From the NCBI RefSeq assembly GCF_963921235.1, contig NC_086097.1:15376001-15440000 (forward strand): a stretch of DNA of 64,000 nt, read 5' to 3'. Below, one piece after another: positions 1 to 13,790 of the stretch (position 1 is the first letter of the stretch; each line of letters starts with the position of its first letter). The translations under genes and the position numbers were made by a program. The stretch is from Mobula hypostoma (taxonomy: Eukaryota). The notes under the pieces were generated by a model that did no database searches, had not been told where the DNA came from, and was given only the letters and a program-made list of their open reading frames with translations.

Positions 1-689
1 CAAGGACTGGATTCTCATCATCCTGTTTTTCTGTCATTCGTCTTGTCATTGCTTGACCATTCCTAACAAGCCCGACTGCTTTTTTTGCTACTTGGTGACT
101 TCACATACATGTGATATTTCTCAGTTATATTCGCCAGTACGGGTGAATGCATTGTTTAATTAAGTCAAAGCGGACCCCATCGTTTTCACTTGATTAAACA
201 ATGGGCCAACGAGGACCCTTTTGTGCGTTTGTTTATGACAAGAGGCTGAGAAAAGAATATTGGTTGGGAGTTTAACTTACTCAGAAACAACTCTTTGACA
301 GCAGGGAGAGTCGGCTGCTGTGTTAGAAAGCTGAGCTTGGCAAAATGGCCCCTTAAGCCCTGGACATTGATTATCCATCACAATGTGAGTCAAGATGGTG
401 AGGGGTCAAGGGTAACTCTGGCAGTAGGAGTGAAGGACAGAGTGCTGGGCACTACAGGGATTTGCTCAATGTAATGGCACGATACCATCTGTACCACAGC
501 TGTGTAATATGATGATCTACCCTGGCACAGACTGCGATCTTCAGCCAAGCGGTGAATGAAACAATCCTATTACTTCTGCTTCCAGTGCCTTGATCAGGAT
601 TTATCCCCTAGACAACATCATTAAAAGCAGATTTATGGGTTCAACATCAGATTACAGTGGCAGTTGTTGTGCCTGTATAGGTTGGCACT

Positions 690-1232
690 CCTCCTGCAGA
701 AGGACACAACAGTTACTTCACCCAATCATTCAGTCTGATCAACACCTCCACTCATTAGCACACCCCTACTGCCACTACATCCACATCCCTCCACAGCCCC
801 TCAGCACGCTTCATCCCCTATGCACTGCCACGTTACGCTTACGCTCCACGCTTCATGCCTATACTGACACAGTCACCGTTCTGCTAAGTTTCCATATGCC
901 CTGCTGCTACTAGAAGAGTTCCTCTTGCCAAGAGTCACTTTATCATTTCCTGTCAGAGTCACCTTATGTACAGATACGCCCGTACTTAACGTTACTTTAT
1001 GTACATACAACCTGTCCATGTATATAAGATAAAATTATGTATATACGGCCACACTCAGTTACTTGTACATTGTGATTTGTAGGATTGTTTTTATAATTAT
1101 ACAGTATTAATAGTGTTCTTTTTTTGCATTCTTGTTTTTTTTTATGCTACATCAGATCCAGAGTAACAATCAATTTGGTCTCCTTTACACTCATACAGTA
1201 TACTGAAGAATGACAATAAACCATCTTGAATC
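690..1232 (+). mobile_element. Rex1/Babar-type LINE 3' end fragment
   Basis: Its 3' part is the reverse complement of the repeat at 28915-29450 (tcctttacact...tactgaagaatgacaataaaccatcttgaatc). Confidence 0.55.
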
Positions 1233-1855
1233 AATACTGACTGTAAGCACTTTTGCCTATCTAGAAGTCATGGAAAATGTTCCAGAAATTAAACTTCCCT
1301 TTTTCTTCCTGATAGGATCCGGAACAGGGGGAATCAGAGTTGATTTTGCTTTCTCCCTTCACTCTGGGGCCTTCAGGCCTGAGGCTAATTAAAATGGTCA
1401 AGGGAAGGAGGAGGCCTATTGGGATGTGATGAATGACCAGATGTTTGCTCACCAGTTATGCCAAATTCAATATCAATTATTTGAAAATGAATTAAGTTCT
1501 TCTCACTCTCTTGAAAGACTTCCCTACAGATCCGCAAACATTACAAAATAATATTCCTGAACTGATTCCAAAACCTATGGACTCACTTTCAAGGACTCTA
1601 CAACTCATGTTCTCAATATTATTTATTTATTATTATTATTATTATTGTATTTGCACAATTTGACTTATTTTACACTTTGGTTGCTTGTCACTCTATTTCT
1701 GTGTTGTTTTTCATTGATTCTATTATATTTCTTTCTTCTACTGTGAATGCTTGCAGGAAAATGAATCTCGGGGATGTATATGGTGATATATGCATATTTT
1801 GATAATAAATTGACTTTGAATTTTGAATTACAAAATATATACAATGTAGCAAATG

Positions 1856-2190
1856 GATGCACCCCTTCCCTCCACTAGCCTCAGGTCACCTGTGGGCAAG
1901 GTGTAGCACCTGCTTAGCCCCTGATCAGGGTCACGTGAAGCCCTGGGAGCAGGTGGTGGATAGTCGTATGAGCAGCTGGTGCAGATCACAAATCCTGGTT
2001 GTGCGACCACTGACACCAGGCAGACAAACTCTGATGAGAATTGATAATGACGGGTCACCCGTCTTGAAAAGACACTGCCCAGAAAAACGACAAGTCACTT
2101 TTGTAGAAAAAATTTGCCAAGAACAATCATGGTCATGGAAAGACCATGATCACCCACGTCATACGACACAGCATGTAATGAATGAAGGAT
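1856..2190 (+). mobile_element. Non-autonomous RTE-derived short element
   Basis: GC-rich RTE-like 5' part plus a short 3' part ending in an (AATG)n tail. Confidence 0.45.
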
Positions 2191-3556
2191 AGAATGCAGA
2201 ATAACTTTGTGACTCTGTATAAGACTTAACAAACACAGAAGATATTTAAATACAGATACCATCACCCACCTTTCGAACCTCATTTACAAAATGCTGGTGT
2301 GTCAGTGAAAGGAGTACAAGGATTTTGGTTCACCTGCTGCAGGTGTATTACATGGTCAGAGTACTAATGGTTCAAACAGGTGAACCGCTCCATTTGCCTT
2401 GCATTCCTCCATCTTATCATCTAAATTCCAGCTACAGACTTGACTGGCCACATTCCTCCCGCTTACATTTTTAACGTCTTCCTTTCAGTTCATGCATGAT
2501 GTCATCGGTGAGGCATACCAGTGGCAGGAAATAGAGTAAAATATGCAGTGCCCTTACTGACACAGATTCCTCCTTAACATTTCCAGTCCTGTCACAAAGA
2601 AGACAAGCTGAAATCAATTTCTCTAAAACCTGCCCAAGAACCTGTCTGGTGTGATTAACGTGACCAATGCCATCACTTTCAAAGTAAAGTTAATCATTTA
2701 TTTTCTCCTTGTGTTTATTTTCTTTGCCTCTCCACTAACAGCCCCCTCTAATGTCCTTACTTTGACCTCCTTTATTAATACAAGTCACCTCACCATCACC
2801 CCCAGAACTCTTTGGAATCCAACCTCTGTTAATCGTTGAAAATGCCAAAGTTTTGCCTCTCTTTTATGAGGCTTTTTCTTAGAGAATCCCCTGGGATCAC
2901 AGATGATTTGCTCCCACTCCAGATCTGTGGGCTCAGAAATGACCTAAGAGATGAAGGTAGGAACTGCAATCTCTTTCACAGATGGGGAAGGTGGTAGATG
3001 ATAGGGTGGTGTGCTCTAAAGATTAAACACAAGAGATTCTACAGCTGCTAGATGAAAGGTCTCAGCCAGAAAGGGCAGCGGTCAAGTGTTTCTATTTAAT
3101 ATCAGAGCATGTACACAGTATACAACCTGAAATTCTTACTCTTCGCAGAAAAACCCCAAAGAACGAAGACTGTTTATTCATTTCCATAGAACCTGCCTGA
3201 CTTGCTGTGTTTCCCCAGCAATAAAAGTGGCTTGCTCTAAAGATTAGCTTAGCTTTATTTATTTATTTATTTATTTGTCACATGTACATTGAAACATTAA
3301 TGTTAATGACCAACACAGTCTAAGGATGTGCTGAGGGCAGCCCATAAGTGTCGTCCTGCTGCCATAGCCCGCCCGCAATTTACTAATCCTAACTCATTCA
3401 TATTTACAACATGGGAGGAAATCAGATAATCTAGAGGAAACCCATACAGTCACAGGGACAATTGTGGCAGGAATTGAAACTCAAATGCCGGTGATATGAA
3501 ATGTTATGCTAATTGCTACATTACTGTTGACACTGACCCTTTGCCTGGTCCTGGTG

Positions 3557-4109
3557 CAGACATCCCACCCTGCAAAAACTCATTTCAGGGAGGTAGCACC
3601 ATCAAATTGCGGGAGACTCCCGGAACTTCCGGGAGGGGTGGGATGTCTGCAATAGAGTAACTCCTTAGCAGCTAGCTAGCTAGTTCAAATAATGTTAGCT
3701 ATGCTAATGAACAAATGACACTTGTTAAACTCACCTCAACATGTCTTTTACAGTCTTAACCCACCATAGGCAATAGAAAAGTCACTGTTGCGAACAGTGC
3801 AGCGAGCAACATTGTCATTAATTTGACCCCTATTAGGCAGGGGTACAATTTAGTGCAGTCTGGGGTGAAGTACGTTTTATATTTTCATTTTTTGGAACAC
3901 TCTGCCTTGGCGCACTCTCGCTCTCTCTCTCTCACTTGCGCTCTCTCTCTCTCGTGGTCGCTCTCGCGCTCTCTCTTGCTTTCTCTCTCTCGCTCGCTCG
4001 CTCTCAAAAAAATTGATTTCCATGAAATTGTATATAATTTGCAGGCATCAGGGAGCCACTATTAATATGCAGGAGACTCCTGGAACTTCCAGGAGAGGTG
4101 AGATGTCTG
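3557..4109 (+). mobile_element. MITE family A, copy 1 (TIR CAGACATCCCACC, 6-bp TSD CTGGTG)
   Basis: ctggtg|CAGACATCCCACC...GGTGAGATGTCTG|ctggtg; internal (CT)n-rich tract; homologous to 9467-10038, 47560-48949 and 57395-57658. Confidence 0.9.
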
Positions 4110-5388
4110 CTGGTGTATGGACCAGGGTTTTTGCTGTCAACCCTGAATACTTCCTCATTTTTGACAGTCTAGAGCCGGAGTCAGCACAACATTTTTTGTT
4201 CAATGTTTTGAGGAGATTCTACTTTTCAGAGTCTTATCAGACATGCAAATAATATGTCTGGGCATATTCTGGAGTTATGGTGGTAAACAGCAAATACCAA
4301 TTTCAACTGCAACCTGAACGTGGATTGTAGATTGAATTTAAAATGCATCCAGAACAAATGTGTTCTTGGAGCTGCATTTTGGGGTTGGTCGCAAACAAAG
4401 AAACACCTCATTTGACCTGAGATGTCTGCAAATGCATGAATGCAGCCCAGAGCGAGTGGGGATTAGCATTCATTTTGGGTATCTGGAGTGTGGGTGTGAA
4501 GATGGAGGTGTTGGAAAATTATATGTAATTCAAAGCAAGCATTGTGGATACATCATAACTATAGAATTGTCCTGCTGTAACTTTGATCTTTAGCATATAA
4601 AGATGTCATGTAATATTGGGCCAGGCAGGTCTCTTCTTCCAAGAGAGTCTCCAGAATGATTCCAGCTTATTTGACTGAATAAAGACTTCTATATCCACGA
4701 GCTTCAATGTCTCACCAGTGACTTTGATTACAGTCACAAATGATATAGTTTGTGGAATGAGGATAATTCAGACCTCAGCGCTGAGGTTGTTAGACTGGGA
4801 GAGGACATAGATGTTGGATCATTTATCATTTTTGTTTCTGTTGCTATTTTGTGCGAGTTTGATCGGGGTGGTCTGCAGATAACAAATGACACACAGCACT
4901 AGATTGAACTGAACTGAGCTGAACTGAATATGTCTGGACTCTTTCGATGATGACTTCGTGGCTTAGTCTTTTATATTCTGTGTTTCTCGTTTGTTTTTTC
5001 CATTTGTGCGATTTTATTTTGCGTGTGTGGGGGGGGCGGTTGATGTTTTTCTTTGAGCGGGTTCCATGGTTTTCTTTGTTTCATGGCTGTGGAAAGATGA
5101 AAACTTTGAGATTAAATGTATTTTGAACTTCCAATCTTTGAATCTCTTGAATTTATCTTTCCAGTGGATTTGGAAGACTTTGTGAAGATGATGGTATCTT
5201 TCCAATGCCTTGAACTCTCTGCCAGGTCTGAAGGTGGATTTTCAGATATCTTTGTATCTCTATGCCAAGTTAAATTGAGTTTATTGTCATGTACACAAAC
5301 ACAGCAAGTTCCATCACAATGACAAACTTGCTCTAACAGCAGAGGCAAACAGTGTGTTGGTATATGATGCAAAGTTCAAAGTAAATTA

Positions 5389-6174
5389 CAGAGAACAAAT
5401 ATTTTTCGGTGTATCTTGTGGATTTTGGGCTGCTGATTATGAAAATCACTCCGAAATTTCCCTATCATGCATCATTTTTTAAAATTGCCGATATTTGATA
5501 TTTCAATTCATATTTCAAGTAAGAATAACTGATGCCAAGATTAAGGAAGGCATTTTTGTTCGTCCACCAATCAAACAGGTCATCAACAACAATCAATTTG
5601 AAGAACTTCTAGTGGAGTCAGAGAAAAGCACATGGAAAGCATTCAAGGGTGTTGCTGTAATTTCCCTTGCCAACTATACAGAGCACCAAGGTATGTGCGG
5701 CTGGTTGACAACATGTTTCAAGCATAGAAAACCATGAAGTGCAACATGTCACTGAAGATTTGTTTTCTGCATTCGCTTTTAGATTTCTTCCCTGCAAATC
5801 TTGGTGCTGCCAGTGACGAGCATGGTGAAAGATATCACCAGAACATATGGAGAAACAGTATCAGGACAACTGGAATCCATTAGTGCTGGCTGATTATTGT
5901 TGGACTCCTAAATGAGAAGCCTCAGACACTGAGTACAAAGAAAAATCATCAGCAAAACCTTTTTAGCTTGGTTTACTATTGCAAAGCATCAGCACCATTC
6001 TGCAATTAAACACATTACTGTATACTCAATAAAAGTTCATTTATTGTTTCTCCAAATTCCTATGCGATACAAGCAGTCTGAGTTTATATCTGTGTTCAGC
6101 TTCAAGCAGTCTATCTTGAACAAAAAAAAATTCTAAGGAAGCAACACTTTCAAAAGAAAAATTGCTGTCCAGTG
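5389..6174 (+). mobile_element. Chapaev3-like (CMC) DNA transposon deletion derivative with a degenerate transposase C-terminus
   Basis: Motifs read across frames: ITDAKIKEGIFV, MKCNMSLKI..LHS.LDFFPANLGA.SDEHGERYHQ, LADYCW. Right end ...TGTCCAGTG followed by TTA; TTA also precedes the degenerate left end at 5389. Confidence 0.65.
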
Positions 6175-7073
6175 TTATCATCAATGTTATGATGGCAAGT
6201 GTGGAGGAAATGTTGTTTTCAATCTATACTACCTGGGGTCTGCCAGTGAGAAAAATGAGGATCCAGTTGCACATGGGAGGTACCAAGGCCCAGTTCTTGG
6301 AGCTTAGTGATGCGTTTCAAGGGGTAATAGTGTCGAGTGCTGAGCTGTTGTCATTGAAGAACATCCTGACGTATGCATCTTCATTGTCCAGATGTTCCAG
6401 AGATGAGTGAAGGGCCAATGAAATAATAATCTGTGAATTTTATCACCTCTGTCTACCTTTATAGCTTCCAGAGGTAGAGCCAGGGATAATCGACCTAAGC
6501 GCCTGATAAAGACTAATTCCTGATTGGCACAGAATCTATTAATTCCATCATCCACACTCAGCCCACATAAAATTCCTTTGATCTCTTTCCCAACTGCAAA
6601 GACTAGTGAACCTCCACAGTTTACTTGTCAGAGTCTACCAACTATAATCCTTCTCAATTTCAAGATATACCTACCATGAACAGTCTCTCTCTAATTTCTT
6701 GTTGTTACCGCCTTCTACATTACCAGTTGTTTGAAAGCCTGTGGATAATTCTCACCAATGTATTCTGCCCTTTAGTCCTTCCTAGCTCTAACACAGATTG
6801 ATATTCTAAGCCAATGCTAAAATATGAACTTATTTCATCTTTTCATCATAATATCCCAAACTACTTCAGTACGGTATTTGCACTTTGTCTACCTGTACTG
6901 TAGTTTCTCTGTAACCGTGACACTTTATTCCGTGTTCTGTTTTCTTTTTTACTACCTCATTGTACTTAAGTGTGGCATGATCTGTTTGGGCTGCACACAA
7001 ACAATAAGCTTTTCACTATATTTCACTGCGTGTAAGAATAATAAATCAATACTAGTATATTTTTTCCATTTGA

Positions 7074-7358
7074 GGCACAGTAGCGTAGTGGTTAGCAAAA
7101 CACTTTACGGTACTAGTGACCCGGATTCAATTCCCACCACTATCTGTATGGAACATTCTCTCCATGACCATGTGGGTTTCCTCCGGGTGCTCTGGTTTCC
7201 TCCCACAGTCCAAAGACGTACCGGTTGGTAGGTTAATTGGTCATTGTAAATTGCCCCACGATCAGGCTAGGGTTAAGTCAGGGGTCGCTGGGCGGTGTGG
7301 CTCGAAGGTCTGGAAGAGCCAATTCTGCACTGTATCCCAATACATAAATAAATAAATA
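7074..7358 (+). mobile_element. tRNA-derived V-domain SINE (HE1-like)
   Basis: A-box/B-box-like head, core gtgggtttcctccgggtgctctggtttcctcccacagtccaaagac, (AAAT)n tail. Confidence 0.8.
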
Positions 7359-7849
7359 ATGCTTTGTTTTATTGGTTTTAACCCAATTCCCTTTTTAAGA
7401 CTGCAGGGCAGAAACTGGAGCACAGGATTCAAAGCAAAGGCTATGTTTATACCAGAATAATCACACAAGCATATCAATGAGGGTAACATCAAACACCAGA
7501 GCTTAGAGAGGACCCATCATTACTATGGAGATCATAGTTGTAAACTTAAATGTTTCTTTGCCCAATACACTGGGTATTTGAATATACTCAGTGTAATCCA
7601 TGGATAAACAGCATAGATTAGATAAAACTGGCTAATAAGATCATAGTGAAGCTTTTTTTCTCATGAATAACTGTTTCAAGATAAAATGGCAATGCAGCTA
7701 AAGACTATTAATCTAACAATCAAAATAATAAAGACCTTAATTTCAACTGGGCCTGTTCAGAATCTTAGATTATCCCAACAAAATATTTTTGTCACAAATA
7801 AAATGCATTACATATATGTACATATCTGACACAACTCACCAGAAAAACG

Positions 7850-8160
7850 CCCCCCTTTCCTCTATTCCCAACTCACTTCTTCTCACCTGCCTATTACTTC
7901 CCCCGGGTCCCCTCCTCCTTCCCTTCCCTCCTCTCCTATCAGATTCGTTCTTCTCCAGCCCTTGACCTTTCCCACCCATCTGGCTTCACCTTTCACCTTC
8001 CCGATAGTTTCTTATCCCTCCCCCCCACCTTTTCATTCTGGCATCTTTCCCTTTCCTTCTCAGTCCTGAAGAAATTTCTCAGTCTGAAACATCAACCGTT
8101 TTCCATAGATACTGCCTGACCTGCTGATTTCCTTCAGCATTTTGTGTGTGTTGCTTCCAA
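7850..8160 (+). mobile_element. Penelope-like 3' UTR/pLTR fragment with a degenerate hammerhead
   Basis: Pyrimidine-rich tract followed by agtcctgaaga...gaaacatcaac and ctgcctgacctgctga. Confidence 0.7.
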
Positions 8161-8529
8161 AAAATATAATGTTGCTTTAATTTTGCTTTTGAGGAACAAA
8201 CAATGAAATAATTAACAAACATTATAATTTGTTAAAGTAAATGAATATTGGTTTGAATTCATTCAACACCAATGTAGACAACCTCCATGTTAATAAATAA
8301 AACTGTCCAGACATTCATCTACACAATTCTATTTATGTTTGTTCCTCATTTGAAGAAGGGACATTTGGAAAACTTGTGAAATGTCTGGGTCACTAAACTT
8401 TCAGACTTTCAGGAATAGGAATCAGCAGTTACAAAGGTTAACAAATATTATTGTGATGTTTACTCTCTCCTTTGTAAGGGGACCTCAATACTCATCTCAG
8501 GTCCCTTGGAATGTATCTTCTATAGATGA

Positions 8530-8952
8530 GTTTGAGAATGATTAACAAGTCAGTCTCCAACCTGATAGCATGAATATCGAGTTTTCCTTCCAGTTAAAAA
8601 AAAATTCCCTCTTCTTTTATTTTCACTTTGGCTTCTTACCTCTCCTCAGCTGCCTATCACGTCCCCCTGGGTCCCTTCTCCTCCCCTTTCTCGTATGGTC
8701 CACTTTCCTCCCCAATCAGATTCTTTCCCACCCACATAGCTTCACTTATCACCTTCTAGATATTCTCCTTCCTCTCCCGCCACCTTTTTAATCTGGCATC
8801 TTCATCCTTCTTTACCAGTCCTGAAGAAGGGTCTCAGCCAAACATATTGACTGTTTATTCATTTCCATGGATGCTGCCTGACCTGTTGAGTTCCCCCAGC
8901 ATTTTATCTGTGTTGCTTTGGATTTCCAGCATCTGCAGAATTTCTCATGTTT
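8530..8952 (+). mobile_element. Penelope-like 3' fragment
   Basis: End of the GIY-YIG region (ctccaacctgatagcatgaatatcga), pyrimidine tract, agtcctgaagaagggtctcagcc, terminal ttggatttccagcatctgcag. Confidence 0.75.
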
Positions 8953-9466
8953 AAGTCAGTATTGGGATGTTTCCTGCCTCAGCAAGCCTAGAACCAGGAC
9001 ACAGGGGTTCAGCTTTATTTGTTTTTCGGCATCGGTGCTTGACTGATAATGCCAAAATTTATTCCCCATTCCTAATTGCCCTTGGGAAAGGAAACAGCTT
9101 TCTTGAACTGCTGCAATGCTTCTTTTGTAGGTATTCCCACAGTGCAGTCTGGTGGGGCAATTGGTATCTGGTTTATTTCATTGTCACATCTACTGAGGAC
9201 CAGGCATGACAGCACCTCTACTTTCTTCGGTTTGTGTAAATTTGTCATGTCATCAAAAACTATGACAATCTTCTATAGATGCACAGTGGAGAGTATCCTA
9301 ACTGGCTGCATCATGGCCTAGTATGGAAACACCAATGCACAGGAACAGAAAGTGGTGAACACAGCCCTTGTCACCTTTAAGCACATCTATATGGTGTGCT
9401 GCCACAAGAAAGCATCATCTATCATCAAGGACCAGCACCATGCTCTCTTCCCACTACTACCGTTAT

Positions 9467-10038
9467 CAGACATCCCACCTCTCCCGGAAGTTCCGCGAGT
9501 CTCCCACATACTAATAGTGGCTCCTTGATGCCTGCAAATTACATACAATGTCCCGGAAATCAACTTTTTTGAGAGCAAGCGAGAGAGAGACAGAGAGAGA
9601 GAGAGAGCGTGAGAGAGAGCGAGCGACCACGAGAGAGAGAGATAGCGCAAGAGAGCGAGTGCACGCACGAGAGAGAGAGAGCGCCATGGCAGAGTGTTCC
9701 AAAAAAAGAAAATATAAAACGTAGGTCACCCCAGACTACACTAATGTGTACCCCTGCCTAATAGGGGTCAAAAATAATGACAGTGTTGCTCGCTGCACTG
9801 TTTGCAACAGTGACTTTTCTATTGCCCGTGGTGGGTTAAGACTGTAAAAGACATGTTGAGGTGAGTTTAACAGGTGTCATTCGTTCATTAGTATAGCTAA
9901 CGTTATTTAAACTCGCTGGCTAGTTGCTAAGGAGCTACTCTATTGCAGACATCCCACCTCTCCCGGAAGTACCTGGAGTCTCCCGCAAATTTATGGTGCT
10001 GCCTCCCTGAAACGAGTTTTTGCAGGGTGGGGTGTCTG
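9467..10038 (-). mobile_element. MITE family A, copy 2 (6-bp TSD cgttat/cattat), inserted in a Rex1-type LINE fragment
   Basis: TIRs at both ends; the flanks differ by one CpG-type change; host LINE sequence continues on both sides (9190-9466 and 10045-10200). Confidence 0.88.
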
Positions 10039-10244
10039 CATTATGCAGGAGGTAAAGAAGCCTTAGGTCCCACGGCACCAGGTTCAGGAACAACCATCAC
10101 GCTCCTGAACCGGTGTGGATAACTCCACTCACCATAACTCTGAATTCTACAACCCATGTACTCTTTTCAACTCATGTTCTCTGCATTATGTTTTTATTTG
10201 CATATTATTTTCTTTTACACATTTTACACTTTACTCGCTTTACA

Positions 10245-11210
10245 GGTATGACCCTGTGGCCAAGCATAGCTCCAGTGCGTCTGCTGATGACACTACTGTC
10301 ACAGGCCGAATCAAAGGTGGTGACAAATCAGCTTATAGAAGGACACTGAAAATCTAACTGAGTGGTACCACAGCAACTTCTTACTCAATGTCAGCAAGAC
10401 CAAGGAGATAATTATTGACTTCAGGAGGATGAAACTGGGAGTCCATGGCCCAGTCCTCACCAGGGGATTAATTTATTTCAGGGACCTGTCCTGGGCCACC
10501 CAGTATGTAAGTGCAATTATGAAGAAAGCACGGCAGCACCTCTACTTCCTTGCGAAGATTTGTCATGACATCTAATAAATTGACAAACTTGTATGGCTGT
10601 GTGGTGGAAAGTATAATGACTGCTGCATCACAGCCTGGTATGGAAACACCAATGCCCTTGAACAGAAAATCCTACATATGTAGTGGATATGACCCAGTCT
10701 ATCACAGGTAAAGCCCTCCCCACCATTGTGCACATCTACATGCAACACTGTTGCAGGATTGCAGCATCCATCATCCGGGACCACCCCTACCCCACCATCC
10801 AGGCCATGCTCTCTTCTCACTGCTGCCATCAGGAAGAAGGTACAGGAGGCTCAAGACTCACACCACCAGGCTCAGGAACAGTTATTACCTCAACCATCAG
10901 ACCCTTGAACCAGTGGGGATAACTTCACTCAACTTCACTTGCTCCAGCACTGAACGGTTCCCAAAACCAAATGGACTCACTTTCAAGGACTCTTCATCTC
11001 ACGTTCTCCGTATTGCTTATTCATTTTTTTTCTTTTTTCTTTTCACAGTTTGTTGCCTTTTGCACACTGGTTATCTTCCCTGGTAAGTGTGGTCTTTCAT
11101 TGGTTCTATTATGGTGATGGGACTTACTACATATGCTGGCAAGAAAATTAATCTCAGGGTTGCATATGACGACATAGCTGTACTTTGATAATACGTTTAC
11201 TTTCCACTTT
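10245..11210 (+). mobile_element. Rex1/Babar LINE 3' portion (degenerate RT C-terminus and UTR)
   Basis: [50 protein letters not shown] motifs. Confidence 0.8.
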
Positions 11211-12009
11211 AAATTTTCATTATTTGTCTGTTTTTGTTATGTATACTTTTTCATGTAAGTATTTATTTTCCTGTAAAATAAATATTTTTTAATATAATAA
11301 AATTACTATATTTCAATGTTACAAATTAATTAATCTGTATGAATATAGGGTAAGGAGTCTTTATATGCAATTTAGCATAATGTATTGATTTTTTTTCTTG
11401 TACTCTGTATTCTTATATGTAAAATTAATAATAAAAATATTGGAAAAGAAAGGAAAATGAATTTCAAGGTAGTACATGGTAACACATTCATACTTTGAAA
11501 ATAAATTTTAAACTCTCCACTGTACATCAATAGATTTCAAGATGGCACTGATGAGTAATGGCAACATTTGCATGCAACTCACAAAACTTCCAGATATAGT
11601 AATTCTGATTCTGCCCTGTTGGAGATGCATAGTAAATTCAGATTTAAAGTAAATTACTTGGCAAGTTGGTGGCCACCAAAGATTACCAGCCACCTAGCAT
11701 CTTCTGGAGAATTGCAAATAAAATTGAACAATTGTACAATGATCATTAATTATCACCAATTCTGGACTCCTGTTGCAAAGAAGGTCATCAGTGAAATGTA
11801 TGGTTGGAGTTCTCCTCCCCAGGGCTTTGGGTACTCAATTAGTGAGTAATAATAAAGACTAAAATAATCAGCATTATCGGCCTGGAAAGGAATTAAGGTG
11901 GGAAAGTGGATCTGAGATGGAGGATCCAATCTTTTTAAGTATTTGGACAGCCTCAAGAATCAATGCATAACTTACCCTCTACCTGCTTAATGTTCTTTAC
12001 TTAACTCAT

Positions 12010-12300
12010 TTAGAGATACAGCATGGAACAGACCTTTCCGCTCAAAGGGCCACACTGCCCTGCAACCCTCCTATGTAACGCTAGCCTCATCACAGGACAG
12101 CTTATGGTGGCCAGTTGACCAACTAACTGGTACATCTTTCGACTGTGGGAGGAAACTGGAGGACCCAGTGGAAACCTACACACTCACGGGAGGAACGTAC
12201 AAACTTTCTTAGAGAGGACATCGTAATTGAACCCCGAACACCAATGCCCCGAGCTGTAATAGCATCACGCTGACACCGCAGCACTACCATAACATCCTTA
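12010..12300 (-). mobile_element. V-domain SINE
   Basis: Reverse-complement core gactgtgggaggaaactggaggaccc. Confidence 0.65.
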
Positions 12301-13790
12301 TACCCTAATGCACGGAGCGTCCTGTTCACCCAGTAACCTGGTGCGTTCTGACTCACACAAGTTCCCAATTCACCAATTTCTTCCCCATCTTCAACACCTT
12401 ATTCCTGTAATTTTCTCAGCGTAACCTTCTCTATATTCGCTCTCTCCAAACAGTTTCTCTATGATTATGGCTCCTGCCATTTTCTCCAATTATAAAATCA
12501 CTGCCAGGACCCAGAAACTTCCCTAAATTATCTGCTCAGCCTTTTTATTCCTCTCTCCACCTACAAACTTTAGGCTCCTGAACTGGCATTAGTAACTTCA
12601 TTCACCACCACTCTGCACTGATTCTACGACCTACAGACTCACTTTCAAGGACTCTTTAAACTCATGTTCCCAGTATTATTTTTATCTGCACAGTTTGTCT
12701 TCTTCAACACATTGGTTGTATGTCTGTCTTTGTTCATGTATAGTTGTCCAAAAAATTCATTGCACTTCTTTTATTCTGTGAATGCCTGCAAGAAAATGAA
12801 TCTCAAGGTAGTAGGACTGAGAGGAAAAATGAATTAGCCAAGATGAAAGGAGGAACAGACTCAATGGACTAAATGGCCTAATTCTGTCCTTATGTCTTAT
12901 GATGTTATAAGGTAACACATACCTACTTTGATAATAAATTTACTTTGAACTTCGAATTTTTATGACACCCCTCCTAACCACTTTAAGCAAGCTTGTAGCC
13001 ATTTATATTAATACTGCTTTGATTCAGTACCCTATTTGTTTGATAATCTCCCTATGAATTTCATTGTGTAGTTACATTTGAAGGGTGAGTCATAAGCAAA
13101 AATTGTCGTGGGCATGCAGTGTCTATATGAACTATTACCAGCATCTTGTTGTGGGATGCTAGAAGATAAGATAGCAAAATTACTGCAGGGTCTACACTTC
13201 AGAAATATAGATATAGGAAACTCATACTTTGGCTGACTTGTCCCCATTCCCCAATGTAACCTAACAAATGTCAAATACTGTTCATATTGCCCAGACTTTC
13301 AGACCAGCACAGATCAAAGATCAAAACTGCTGCAAAGGTGCTTTGTATCAACTGGTATCACTCTTGGCAATCCATTTATATCTAAGCCATCGCAAAATTC
13401 ATTCTTTAAAAGAAATACTTCTCATGCCAAGAAATTACTTTTCGATTTTTTTTTCTGTTTCCTCCAAAGGAAGATCTGGAGCTGTCAGGACAAATCATTC
13501 CATGCCACATAGACATGACGTGCATCGTGAAATAACTGAGATCCTGCACTTAGCTATCTCCTCAGCCTGAACCAAACTGATAGGCTGCTCTAGTCAGTTA
13601 TGAGAGTGCGCAGATTTTTAATGTTATTCACGTAACTTTTCTGAGCTTTCTTTTATAGAAAGTATAACAAACTGTAATATTAAATTCTATTTGTTCCAAG
13701 GTTAAGTTACTTCTACAAAGTGTTGAAGTTTTGTCACCTGGGAATGCTCGGTTTTGAATGAGGCAATGAAATTTTGAAACAGGTGGTGTG

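Noticed and set aside
4495..4737. Possible solo LTR (TATA-like gcatataaag, AATAAA, TG..CA candidates)
   Set aside because: No matching TSD for any candidate terminus pair, so left unassigned.
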